57,852 nt of DNA, from NCBI GenBank assembly GCA_046714395.1, contig JBKKBB010000072.1, forward strand, positions 1-57,852, read 5' to 3'. The notes beneath the pieces are model-generated. The model saw only the letters and a program-made list of their open reading frames with translations, made no database searches and had not been told where the DNA came from. The stretch is from Candidatus Limnocylindrales bacterium. Its GTDB lineage: Bacteria; Chloroflexota; Limnocylindria; Limnocylindrales; CSP1-4. Position 1 is the first letter of the stretch; every line of letters starts with the position of its first letter. Shown in pieces: positions 9,807 to 18,265 of the stretch. Both the position numbers and the translations under genes were made by a program.

Positions 9807-10637
9807 CTATCTCGTGGCGGACTGCCCGACCCCGAGTCCCGAAACTGCCGGCAGCTCGAGCTCATCGGACGGGAGAGCGAACCTGAGATGGTCCAGCTGA
9901 TCCGCGACCAGACCGCCGACATCCGGCACTGCCCGCGAGGCCATGACCGGGACGAGGCGCGGCTGACCCCGGTCGTCTTCCGATGCGAGTTCGAGTCCGA
10001 GGCCGATCTGGTCCCCGGCCAGGGTCCGCTGCAAGGCCAGGAAGCTCCGACGGTGAAAGGGCGTCAGGCCGAGCCGGCGAATGGCCTCGCGGTGCTCGAG
10101 GGTGGCATATCCCTGGTTGTGCTCCCAGCCGTACCCCGGATAGCGGACTGCCAGGCGGGCCATCATCCGGTCGCGGACCACCTTGGCGACCACGGACGCG
10201 CAGGCGATCGAATAGGACAGCGCATCACCATCCACGACGGCTGTATAGGGACCGACGTACGCCTCGAATCCCGCGATTCGGTTGCCGTCCACCAGCACAT
10301 GGTCGTGCCCGGCCAGCCGGTGAATGGCGCGGCGCATGGCCAGATGGGTCGCGTGGTAGATGTTCAGCCGGTCGATTTCGGCGACCGAAGCCGCGCCGAT
10401 GGCGACAGCGAGGGCTCGCCGTCGAATTTCCGGGGCGAGGCGCTCCCGTTGCGCAGCCGACAGCGTCTTGGAATCCCGGACGCCGGCAATCCTGCGACTG
10501 TTCGGCCGGATGATGACCGCGGCGGCGACCACCGCTCCGCAGGTTGGCGCCACACCGACCTCATCAACACCGACGATTCGGAGCGCGCCCGCCTGCCAGA
10601 GGCGGCGCTCAATCCGGAGCGTAGGGTTCTGCGGCAC
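9807..10637 (-). CDS. rnhB: Ribonuclease HII with ~70-aa C-terminal extension
   Basis: ORF 9807..10637. VGVDEVGVAPTCGAVVAAAV (catalytic DE), VRDSKTLS, LVDGN, SIACASVVAKVVRD. GTG start. Confidence 0.9.
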   Translation of the reverse strand: MPQNPTLRIERRLWQAGALRIVGVDEVGVAPTCGAVVAAAVIIRPNSRRIAGVRDSKTLSAAQRERLAPEIRRRALAVAIGAASVAEIDRLNIYHATHLAMRRAIHRLAGHDHVLVDGNRIAGFEAYVGPYTAVVDGDALSYSIACASVVAKVVRDRMMARLAVRYPGYGWEHNQGYATLEHREAIRRLGLTPFHRRSFLALQRTLAGDQIGLGLELASEDDRGQPRLVPVMASRAVPDVGGLVADQLDHLRFALPSDELELPAVSGLGVGQSATR

Positions 10638-10700
10638 GCTGGCTAGCCTACCCGCACGACCCGGCTCGCGTCGGGTCGCCGTCCGAGACGCCCAAAGTTC

Positions 10701-10722
10701 GACCCCGTCCTGGGACGGGGTC
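10701..10722 (-). terminator. GC-rich hairpin downstream of rplS (weak U tract)
   Basis: GACCCCGTC-ctgg-GACGGGGTC, 9-bp perfect stem. On the minus strand it is followed by GAACTTTGGG. Confidence 0.45.
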
Positions 10723-10752
10723 GTCGTGCCGCATGGCCGCCGGGGGCCCGAC

Positions 10753-11103
10753 TCAGCTCTTGGTGCGACGCTCGCGAAGTGTCGCCGCCTTGCCGACCCG
10801 CTCGCGCAGGAAGTACAGCTGGGCGCGTCGAACCTTGCCGTGGCGCATCACGTCGATCTTCTCGATGCGGGGGCTGTTGACCTTGAACGTACGCTCGACA
10901 CCGACGCCGCTGGCCAGTTTGCGGACGGTGATCGACCGGGTGATCCCACCCCCGCGGAGACGCATCAGTGTTCCTTCGAAGACCTGGACTCGTTCCTTGC
11001 CGCCCTCGACGACACGGGCGAAGACACGCACGGTGTCACCGGTCGCGAGTTCCGGGAGATCGGTGCGGAGCTGGTCGGCGACGATCTCGTCGAGCACGTT
11101 CAC
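10753..11103 (-). CDS. rplS: 50S ribosomal protein L19
   Basis: C-terminal 116 codons of ORF 10753..11487: (M)[46 protein letters not shown]... Start set to GTG 11103. The upstream part of the ORF overlaps trmD and is Arg/Pro-rich junk. Confidence 0.93.
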   Translation of the reverse strand: MNVLDEIVADQLRTDLPELATGDTVRVFARVVEGGKERVQVFEGTLMRLRGGGITRSITVRKLASGVGVERTFKVNSPRIEKIDVMRHGKVRRAQLYFLRERVGKAATLRERRTKS

Positions 11104-11185
11104 AGTAAGTCGTTCCCTGGTCGTGAAGGCAGCGCAGCGCTGCGGGTTGATCGTGGATCCGGCTGTCGGGTTCGGCCGACGGCGG

Positions 11186-11194
11186 AGTATAGCA
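11186..11194 (-). promoter_or_regulatory. Candidate extended -10 promoter (TGcTATACT) for rplS
   Basis: Minus strand TGC-TATACT at 11194..11186, 16 nt after the trmD stop. ~75-nt leader to GTG 11103. Confidence 0.4.
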
Positions 11195-11209
11195 CGCGAT
11201 CCGAACCGC

Positions 11210-11956
11210 TCAGCCCGGGGCCTTGCTCCCCTTGTCACCGCCCGATTCACGAGGGGTCGCGAGGATCCGCGACTCCTCCGCGCGAGCCGGCCGCCCGACC
11301 AGCAGGTCCGGCCGGCGCTCGCGGGTGCGCATGAGGGATGCCTCAAGGCGCCAGCGACGGACCGATTCGTGGTTCCCGCCGACAAGGACATCCGGGACGC
11401 CCTGCCCGCGGAACTGGGCGGGGCGCGTGTATTGCGGGTATTCCAGCAACCCGTCCGCGAATGACTCTTCGGCGGTCGAGGCGGCATCGATGGCGCCCGG
11501 CAGCAACCGGATCACGGCGTCGACCACGACCAGCGCCGCGAGTTCGCCGCCAGTCAGGACATAGTCGCCGATCGACAACTCGATATCGATGAGACGCCGA
11601 ATGCGCTCGTCCACGCCTTCGTACCTTGGGCAGATGAAGATGAGGTGGTCCCGCTGCGCGAGATCGACGGCGCGCCCCTGCCGGAAGACTTCGCCCGCCG
11701 GATCGAGGAGGATCGCGGTCGAGTCCGGCCGCCGCAGGGCGTCGAGCGCGGCCGCGACCGGTTCGGGGCGCAGGACCATGCCGGCCCCTCCGCCGTAGGG
11801 ACTGTCGTCCACGCTGCGATGGCGTCCGATACCCCACTCCCGCAGGTCGTGGACATGGATATCAACCAGGCCCTCGTCCTGGATCCGACCTGGAATGCTC
11901 TGGGACAGGGGGCCGTCGAGCATCCCCGGAAAGAGCGTCACGAGATCGATCCGCAT
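11210..11956 (-). CDS. trmD: tRNA (guanine37-N1)-methyltransferase
   Basis: ORF 11210..11962. [17 protein letters not shown]..., [41 protein letters not shown] 11956 preferred from homolog N-termini; GTG 11962 (GTGA overlap with rimM) is possible. Confidence 0.93.
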   Translation of the reverse strand: MRIDLVTLFPGMLDGPLSQSIPGRIQDEGLVDIHVHDLREWGIGRHRSVDDSPYGGGAGMVLRPEPVAAALDALRRPDSTAILLDPAGEVFRQGRAVDLAQRDHLIFICPRYEGVDERIRRLIDIELSIGDYVLTGGELAALVVVDAVIRLLPGAIDAASTAEESFADGLLEYPQYTRPAQFRGQGVPDVLVGGNHESVRRWRLEASLMRTRERRPDLLVGRPARAEESRILATPRESGGDKGSKAPG

Positions 11957-11958
11957 GG

Positions 11959-12609
11959 TCACTTGTCCGGGGCCGGAGGTTCCGGCGGTACGTCCAATTC
12001 GGGCTCCGCGACCGGCGCCGACCCGCCCTTGCCGTGACGCGACCAGCGCGGGCGCTTCCGCCGTGGACGCACCACCGGTTCGTCCACGGCGGCTCCGCCC
12101 AGATCGAGCACCTGTTCGTCGATGACGATCTCCCCACGCTCCGGGGCAAAGACGCGAACGATGTCCTTGACCAGGGGCACGTCGAATTCGCCGGCCGGAC
12201 CGCCACGCACCAGCAGGACCTCGGCCGTCGCCACGCGATAGATGTCGACCACGTTCCCGAGGCTCTGGCCGTCGCTCCCGTGGACCTCGGTCCCGATGAT
12301 CTCGTGCCAGTACGCCGCCCCCGGCGCGAGGTCCGTCCGCCGATCCACGGTCATTTCGAGATACGCGTCACGAAGCATCTCGGCCGCCGCCCGGCTGTTG
12401 ACCTCACGGAAGTGCAGCCGCCAGCCGGGTCCATCCTCCACGGCTGCCGCCTCGGCGATCGTGAAGGCGTCGTCGGTCCCTTCCCGGAACACGACCTGAC
12501 CGGAGATGAATCGATCGGTCGGTCGATCCGTCAGCACCTCGACGCGGACCACGCCACGGAGCCCGTGGAGGCCACGCACCTGCGCCACGACGAGTCGGGT
12601 GGCGGGCAC
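11959..12609 (-). CDS. rimM: Ribosome maturation factor RimM with basic/Pro-rich C-terminal tail
   Basis: ORF 11959..12609. VAQVRGLHGLRGVVRVEVLTD N-terminal beta-barrel, PRC-barrel-like C-terminal half. Conserved rpsP-KH-rimM-trmD-rplS context. Confidence 0.88.
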   Translation of the reverse strand: MPATRLVVAQVRGLHGLRGVVRVEVLTDRPTDRFISGQVVFREGTDDAFTIAEAAAVEDGPGWRLHFREVNSRAAAEMLRDAYLEMTVDRRTDLAPGAAYWHEIIGTEVHGSDGQSLGNVVDIYRVATAEVLLVRGGPAGEFDVPLVKDIVRVFAPERGEIVIDEQVLDLGGAAVDEPVVRPRRKRPRWSRHGKGGSAPVAEPELDVPPEPPAPDK

Positions 12610-12632
12610 CGACGCGCCCGTCGGCGTGTCGG

Positions 12633-12866
12633 TCAGAGGATTTCCAGGGACACCGATCCGCCGTCGCGGGCGGCCGTGACCTTCAGCAGGGTCCGGAGGG
12701 CCTTTGCCACACTGCCGTTACGGCCGATGACCTTGCCCATGTCCTCTTCAGCGACATGGAGTTCGATGACGGTGCCCTCTTCATCCACGACTTCGGTCAC
12801 CGTGACCGACGCAGGATCGTCCACGAGGGTCTTGGCGACGTACTCAACGAGCTCGCGTGCTGCCAT
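12633..12866 (-). CDS. khpA: KH-domain RNA-binding protein (YlqC/KhpA-like)
   Basis: Within ORF 12633..12920. MAARELVEYVAKTLVDDPASVTV...EDMGKVIGRNGSVAKALRTLLK (GxxG KH motif). Start set to ATG 12866 with AGGA 6 nt upstream. Confidence 0.85.
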   Translation of the reverse strand: MAARELVEYVAKTLVDDPASVTVTEVVDEEGTVIELHVAEEDMGKVIGRNGSVAKALRTLLKVTAARDGGSVSLEIL

Positions 12867-12873
12867 CGCGATC

Positions 12874-13128
12874 CTACTTTCCGGTCGTGACGATGCCCGC
12901 GACTCGGAGGAGCCGGGCAACGGTGTCGGATGGCTGGGCGCCCTTGGCGAGCCATGCCTTGGCCTTCTCGGCGTCGATCACGATCTCGGCCGGCTCGACC
13001 AGCGGGTTGTAATGCCCGATCGTCTCGATCGAGCGGCTGTCGCGGGCGTTTCGTGAATCGGCGACGACTACGCGATACGCCGGCTGCTTCTTGGCACCGA
13101 CGCGCGTCAATCGAATTCGTACGGCCAT
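12874..13128 (-). CDS. rpsP: 30S ribosomal protein S16
   Basis: ORF 12874..13128. [52 protein letters not shown] upstream. Confidence 0.95.
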   Translation of the reverse strand: MAVRIRLTRVGAKKQPAYRVVVADSRNARDSRSIETIGHYNPLVEPAEIVIDAEKAKAWLAKGAQPSDTVARLLRVAGIVTTGK

Positions 13129-13151
13129 GTGGGCTGATTCCTCCTGATGAT

Positions 13152-13171
13152 CCGGGCCATTGCCGGCCCGG
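13152..13171 (-). terminator. GC hairpin between the DUF3352-like gene and rpsP (no U tract)
   Basis: CCGGGCC-attgcc-GGCCCGG, 7-bp stem, 5 nt after the upstream stop and about 8 nt before the rpsP SD. Could be a partial terminator or a processing/stability element. Confidence 0.35.
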
Positions 13172-13175
13172 TAGC

Positions 13176-14942
13176 TTACTGGACGGTGATGACGAAGCGG
13201 GCTCGGCCGCCCGTGGTAGTGATGAGGGTGGTTCCGCCGAAGCCGGCAAGGTGCTCCAGGTAGGGTTTGAGATCGCGCTTCCAGGTGTCGAGGCCCTCCG
13301 CCGGCAGGTACGTCTCGGCGAACGAGATCAGGCCGTCAATGGCAACGAAGATCTCGACGTCGTTGGGACTGTCGGCCAATTCGATGACGCGCCGGTACGC
13401 GGCTGTTGAGCTCAGGCTCGAGGCGATGGTCGTATCGAGGATCCGTTCGAGGGTACCCTCGCCGATCCCCAGGAAGAGCACGTCATCACGTGCCGCCAGC
13501 GAGAAGGAGAGGCGGGCGTCGGGGCCAAGAACGCCCGGATCGACGCCCGGGTCAATGCCCAGTCCGCCAAGCAGGGTGCCCAGATCGCCCAGGTCCACCT
13601 GCGTGATGGTGACCCCATCGTGATCGCTGTCGCGCACCGTGATGTCCGTGCCGGCCGATCCCAGAAGCAGCAGGTTGTGCACCTGGGTGAACCGACTCCG
13701 CACGGCCTCGTCATCCGATCCTCGTAGCAGAATCGCACCGCCCGCTCCGTCGACAACGGGCATCACGGCGATCCCGACTTCCTCGATCCAGGCCGCGACG
13801 TTCTCAATCCCGCCGACAGCGGCCAGGGTCTCCTCAATCTGGCGGACCGCTTCGGCCTGTGCCGGGTCGGCTTTCGCCTGCGCCATCAGGCGCTGCAAAC
13901 CGGCGCCCGCACCGTGCACTTCCACGAACGCCCAGGTGTCGGCCGGAAGAATCTTTACGAATTGACTGACCGAGGGCGGTGGATCCGTCGGAGTGCCCGG
14001 TTCGAGCGTCGGGTCCGGCAGCGGGGCGGACAGGATGTCGAGCTGCACGGCGTCGTCGACCACGCGGAGGCCCATCACGATCCAGTCCGGCATGCCCAGA
14101 CTCATCGCCTGATGGAGCCCGACCCCCGGGGCCAGCTCCGCAACAATCCCGACGAGTGCTTGCCCGTCGACGTACACGATCCCCAGCTGATCGCCTGCCA
14201 GCTGCTCCCGGGCACTCCTGAACGCCTGGTTGGTGTCCGCGCCGGTCTGGTCGGCATGGGCATCGATGCCCGCCCGGACAGTGGCGGCATCCCCGACCAG
14301 CATGAAACGGCCGTCGACAGCGCAGGCGAGGTCCCCGTCGACCGAGTGGACCTCGACCGATCGATGGGTCGCCACTGTCGTCGCGGCGCCGAACACGGTC
14401 TCACAGGTGACCACGCCGTCGGTCGCGGCGACCAGCAGGCCGGCGCCGTCCGCCAGGCGCTCATATCCGCCGACCCCGATCGCGGCAACGACCGGGCCGG
14501 TCAGCAGCGGCTTGACCCTGGTCCGGTAGTCGACCGCACCACCGGATGCCTCGTCGACGATCCGATCGTAGACATCGTCGAGCTTCGTCGGAAGGATCGA
14601 TTGGTCCGCGAAGCCGGGGAAGTGGGCCAGGAAATTGCCGAGATGCTGGCGCTGATCGCCCGGAAGGTCCGGCCGCAGCTCGAGGAACGCGACGCTGTCC
14701 GCCGGAAGATACCGGTACCCCTCGGGTAGCGGCCGGGCGCCGAGGATCAAGGCCGCGGCCAGCGCGCCCGCGATCGCCGCCACCGCAATGAGACCTGCGA
14801 TGACCCACCGTCGTCGATCACCCGCTGGCGTCGGTACCGGGGCCGGTTCGCTCGCGCCCAGGGTGCCGGGCACGATGGGAACGCCATTGGTGATCGGCCC
14901 GCTCGGCACCTCAGCAGCTGCCGATCCCGGGACCTCAGGCAT
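13176..14942 (-). CDS. Membrane-anchored extracytoplasmic protein of unknown function (DUF3352-like)
   Basis: ORF 13176..14942, 588 aa. Pro-rich N-terminus, a single TM ([23 protein letters not shown]), then a large non-repetitive domain. The N-proximal [32 protein letters not shown] resembles DUF3352 proteins from memory (not searchable here). No SD before ATG 14942, so the start is uncertain. Confidence 0.6.
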   Translation of the reverse strand: MPEVPGSAAAEVPSGPITNGVPIVPGTLGASEPAPVPTPAGDRRRWVIAGLIAVAAIAGALAAALILGARPLPEGYRYLPADSVAFLELRPDLPGDQRQHLGNFLAHFPGFADQSILPTKLDDVYDRIVDEASGGAVDYRTRVKPLLTGPVVAAIGVGGYERLADGAGLLVAATDGVVTCETVFGAATTVATHRSVEVHSVDGDLACAVDGRFMLVGDAATVRAGIDAHADQTGADTNQAFRSAREQLAGDQLGIVYVDGQALVGIVAELAPGVGLHQAMSLGMPDWIVMGLRVVDDAVQLDILSAPLPDPTLEPGTPTDPPPSVSQFVKILPADTWAFVEVHGAGAGLQRLMAQAKADPAQAEAVRQIEETLAAVGGIENVAAWIEEVGIAVMPVVDGAGGAILLRGSDDEAVRSRFTQVHNLLLLGSAGTDITVRDSDHDGVTITQVDLGDLGTLLGGLGIDPGVDPGVLGPDARLSFSLAARDDVLFLGIGEGTLERILDTTIASSLSSTAAYRRVIELADSPNDVEIFVAIDGLISFAETYLPAEGLDTWKRDLKPYLEHLAGFGGTTLITTTGGRARFVITVQ

Positions 14943-14980
14943 TGGTCGAATCTGTTCGCGGATCCATCTCGATCATCGCC

Positions 14981-16309
14981 CTACCTTCGGCTCAGTGCGC
15001 CCGGCGCGCCCTTGCGTTGCATCCCGGAGAGCTGCTTCATCATCTTCTGCATGTCGGCAAATTGCTTGACCAGCCGGTTCACGTCGGGGAGGGTCGTCCC
15101 CGATCCGGTCGCGATCCGTCGTCGACGTGAGGCATTGAGAACCCCGGGATCGCGTCGTTCACGCGGGGTCATGGACCGGATGATTGCCTCGGTGCGACCG
15201 ATCTCGCCTCGATCCGCCGCGGCCTGAGCCTCCTTCGCCATGCCGCCCATCCCCGGAATCATCGACATCAACTGGCCGATCGGCCCCATCTTCTGGACCT
15301 GCTGCAGCTGTTCGAGCATGTCCTCGAGCGTGAACTCCGACTTCCGAAGCTTCTCCTCGAGTCTCTGGGCCTGCTTCAGGTCGACGACGTCCTGGGCCCG
15401 CTCGGCCAGGGTCAGCACGTCGCCCATGCCGAGGATCCGCCCGGCAAGACGATCCGCGTGGAAGACCTCGAGCGCGTCGGTCTTCTCACCGGTGCCGAGG
15501 AACTTCACCGGGATGCCCGTCACCGAGGCGATCGAGAGAGCCGCGCCGCCGCGCGCATCGCCGTCGATCTTGGTGAGCACGAGACCCGTGACGGGCACCG
15601 CGGCGGCGAAGGCCTGGGCGACGCTGACCGCTTCCTGACCGGTCATCGCATCCACGACGAGCAGGGTTTCGATCGGATGGACGGCCCGGTCAACGGCGGA
15701 GATCTCCGCCATCAGGTCCTCGTCGATGCTCAGTCGACCCGCGGTGTCGATGACCACGGTGTCCCGAACCAGGCGGCGGGCCGCTTCGAGCCCGGTGATG
15801 GCGATGTCGACGACCGACGTGCCAACCGGCGCGCGATGAACGGGGATGTCCAGCGCGCGCCCGAGCGTCTCGAGTTGATCCGCCGCGGCCGGCCGATACG
15901 GATCGGCGGCAACCAGGATCGGGCGTCGACCCTGTTTGACGATGTGTCGGGCGAGCTTTGCCGCAGACGTCGTCTTGCCCGAGCCCTGCAGGCCGACCAG
16001 CACGATCACGGCTGGGTTGCCCTGCAGGCGAAAGGCCTGCTCTCCAACGCCGAGCATGGCCACGAGTTCGTCGTGCACGATCTTGACAACCTGCTGGCCG
16101 GCCGTGAGGCTGCCGAGTATCTCGGCACCCACGGCCTGGTCTCTGACCCTGGCCACGAAGTTCTTGACCACGCGGAAGTTGACGTCCGCCTCGAGCAGCG
16201 CGAGGCGAATCTCGCGCATGGCGATATCGACATCCGCTTCCGAGATCCGGCCGCGGCCGGTCAGCGTGGCCAGCGTCTTGCGCAGGCGATCGCTCAGGGC
16301 GTCGAACAC
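14981..16309 (-). CDS. ffh: Signal recognition particle protein Ffh
   Basis: ORF 14981..16309. GLQGSGKTTSAAKLA, DTAGRL, TKIDGDARGG, Met-rich M domain (MSMIPGMGGM). GTG start. Confidence 0.95.
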   Translation of the reverse strand: MFDALSDRLRKTLATLTGRGRISEADVDIAMREIRLALLEADVNFRVVKNFVARVRDQAVGAEILGSLTAGQQVVKIVHDELVAMLGVGEQAFRLQGNPAVIVLVGLQGSGKTTSAAKLARHIVKQGRRPILVAADPYRPAAADQLETLGRALDIPVHRAPVGTSVVDIAITGLEAARRLVRDTVVIDTAGRLSIDEDLMAEISAVDRAVHPIETLLVVDAMTGQEAVSVAQAFAAAVPVTGLVLTKIDGDARGGAALSIASVTGIPVKFLGTGEKTDALEVFHADRLAGRILGMGDVLTLAERAQDVVDLKQAQRLEEKLRKSEFTLEDMLEQLQQVQKMGPIGQLMSMIPGMGGMAKEAQAAADRGEIGRTEAIIRSMTPRERRDPGVLNASRRRRIATGSGTTLPDVNRLVKQFADMQKMMKQLSGMQRKGAPGALSRR

Positions 16310-16404
16310 GGTTGGCTGGGTCTCCTGATCGAGTTCGGTGCCGGCGCCGCGCCGCTGGGCGGGCCGGATTGGTGCGCGGGTTCTGGCGACACCGGGGTGC
16401 CGCG

Positions 16405-16410
16405 AGTGTA
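16405..16410 (-). promoter_or_regulatory. Candidate -10 box (TACACT) for ffh
   Basis: Minus strand TACACT at 16410..16405, 5 nt after the lipoprotein gene stop. ~90-nt leader to GTG 16309. Confidence 0.3.
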
Positions 16411-16415
16411 GCGCA

Positions 16416-17333
16416 TCAGTCGCTCTGGACCGGCTCCTCGATGATGAAGTCGAGCCGCACGCTCAAGGTGCCGTCCCGGAGGATCAGGGCATACGACCCG
16501 GGACCCGGCGCCGGAACCTCGAAACGAGAGCGCAGCCCGGGATTGGCGACCCCCGGCTCGAGCACGGCGATCGATTGACTGTGCCCGTCCTCCCGCGGTG
16601 CGATGATCGACCCATCCGGCAGGCGCAGCCCGATGTTCGCACTGGTGAACGCAAACCCGCCGCTGAATTCGCCGCGATAGCGGGCCGTGTAGGAAACGCT
16701 GAGGGCCATGGCGTCGTGCGCGAGCTCGAGTCCCCAGTCGGGCAGATCGGCCCGCAGCTCGGCGCCGGTCAGGGTCAGCGTGAGGGACCCGACCGAAGCG
16801 GAGCCGGACAGGCCCTGCACGACCGGCTCCAGCGTCACGAGGTTCTGGCTGCCCGGCACCAGGGGAATCACCACCACATGCTCCGCCGACCGCCCGATCC
16901 TGATGGCCGCGCGGGGCAATTCGAACGCCCCGTCCACGTCGAACAGGATCGTCGTCCCGACCGAGGCTCCGGCCGCGACGTCCGGCACGATCGTGCCCCG
17001 GACCGGCTCGACGGCCCGCCCGCCTGCAGCCAGCAGTATCGGGACGCCCAGGCCGGCCAGGTCCTGTCCGGGATTCTCAAGCCGCAGCTCGAGGGACACG
17101 GCGCCGCCACGCTCGTCGATCACGGAGCTGATCTCATCGAGGTGGAGGATCAGACCGGCGTACCAGGCCGTCGCGCGGACCGGGTAGATCGTGGTCGTCG
17201 CGGTCGGCAGGGGCGTAGCCGTGGGCACGAGGGAGGCAGACGGGATCACCTCGGCCGAGCATCCCGCCAGGACGACCGCGACGGCGGCGGCGGCGGCGGA
17301 GCGGAGCCGGCTAGGCCGCGCCCGGCGCGTCAA
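16416..17333 (-). CDS. Predicted lipoprotein of unknown function with two beta-rich repeats
   Basis: ORF 16416..17333, 305 aa. Arg-rich n-region, then AVAVVLAG|C lipobox. Two ~120-aa segments with Ig/DUF4352-like character (my reading). TTG start overlaps the ftsY stop (TTGA). Confidence 0.7.
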   Translation of the reverse strand: MTRRARPSRLRSAAAAAVAVVLAGCSAEVIPSASLVPTATPLPTATTTIYPVRATAWYAGLILHLDEISSVIDERGGAVSLELRLENPGQDLAGLGVPILLAAGGRAVEPVRGTIVPDVAAGASVGTTILFDVDGAFELPRAAIRIGRSAEHVVVIPLVPGSQNLVTLEPVVQGLSGSASVGSLTLTLTGAELRADLPDWGLELAHDAMALSVSYTARYRGEFSGGFAFTSANIGLRLPDGSIIAPREDGHSQSIAVLEPGVANPGLRSRFEVPAPGPGSYALILRDGTLSVRLDFIIEEPVQSD

Positions 17334-18265
17334 CGGCTCGACGATCCGTACAGCGCGGAGATGAACGCGGTTGGATCGAATGGCAGGAGGTCGTGCGGGC
17401 CCTCCCCGACGCCCACGAAACGGACGGGGACGCGCAGCGCATCCTCGATCGCGAAGACGATCCCGCCTCGCGAGGTCGAATCGAGTTTCGTGAGCACGAT
17501 CCCGGTCAGCCCCACCGCTGCGTGGAACGCCGCCGCCTGACTCAGACCGTTCTGGCCCGTCGTAGCGTCGAGCACGAACAGGGTCTCGGTGCGCGCGCCC
17601 GGCAGGCGGCGGTCGATGATCCGGCGGATCTTCGCCAGCTCGTCCATCAAGTTCGATTTCGTATGCAACCGTCCTGCCGTATCAATGATCACGACGTCCG
17701 CGCCCCTGGCTACGCCCGCGTCGATCGCATCGAACACGACGGCTGCCGGATCTGCCCCGGCGGCATGTCCCACGAGATCGGCACCGGCTCGTGACGCCCA
17801 GATCCGAAGTTGGTCGACTGCCGCCGCCCGAAAGGTGTCGGCCGCCGCCATGATCACGCGCCGTCCGGCTTTGGCCTCGCGCAGCGCGAGTTTGCCGATG
17901 GTGGTGGTCTTGCCGGTCCCGTTGACGCCGACGACGAGCACGATGGCCGGATGACCCGCTACCGCGGATCGGAGATCCCAGGCGGTCTCCCGCGGCGCGA
18001 GGAGGCTCGAGAGTGCATCACGGACCGCCGCCCCGGGTGAATCTGCGTCGCGCTGTGCTCTGGCGATCGTAATGACCCGCGCGGCCAGCCCCGCTCCGAC
18101 ATCGCCGGCGATCAGTGCCTCCTCGGCCAGGTCCCAGTCCGCATCCGAGAAGCTCGTGACGCCAAGCAGGCCGCGCAGGCGCGACATGAACCCGCCCCGG
18201 GATCGCGTCAGTCCAGCGTCGAGATCGCCGGCCGCGATCGTTCCGTCCGGACCCTCGCGGTTCAA
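17330..18265 (-). CDS. ftsY: Signal recognition particle receptor FtsY
   Basis: ORF 17330..18265. GVNGTGKTTTIGKLA, DTAGRLH, TKLDSTSRGG. TTG 18265 overlaps the smc stop. Alternative ATG 18187 (MSRLRGLLG...) fits short FtsY N-termini. Confidence 0.93.
   Translation of the reverse strand: MNREGPDGTIAAGDLDAGLTRSRGGFMSRLRGLLGVTSFSDADWDLAEEALIAGDVGAGLAARVITIARAQRDADSPGAAVRDALSSLLAPRETAWDLRSAVAGHPAIVLVVGVNGTGKTTTIGKLALREAKAGRRVIMAAADTFRAAAVDQLRIWASRAGADLVGHAAGADPAAVVFDAIDAGVARGADVVIIDTAGRLHTKSNLMDELAKIRRIIDRRLPGARTETLFVLDATTGQNGLSQAAAFHAAVGLTGIVLTKLDSTSRGGIVFAIEDALRVPVRFVGVGEGPHDLLPFDPTAFISALYGSSSR

Noticed and set aside
10753-11487. ORF-track N-terminal extensions that would make oversized proteins overlapping upstream genes. 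L19 (244 aa), S18 (56110..56562, 150 aa), PriA (40921..43737), the small acidic protein (40395..41045), IlvE (52733..53803), Asp23 (31560..32153), Dtd (32393..32884), KH protein (12633..12920), IspG (971..2263), RluD (44143..45138).
   Set aside because: The extensions are Arg/Pro/Ser-rich junk. They overlap neighbouring conserved genes or promoters. Internal starts with SDs reproduce canonical N-termini (for example MNVLDEIV for L19, MPPPRSRKK for S18). The track simply extends to the first ATG/GTG/TTG.
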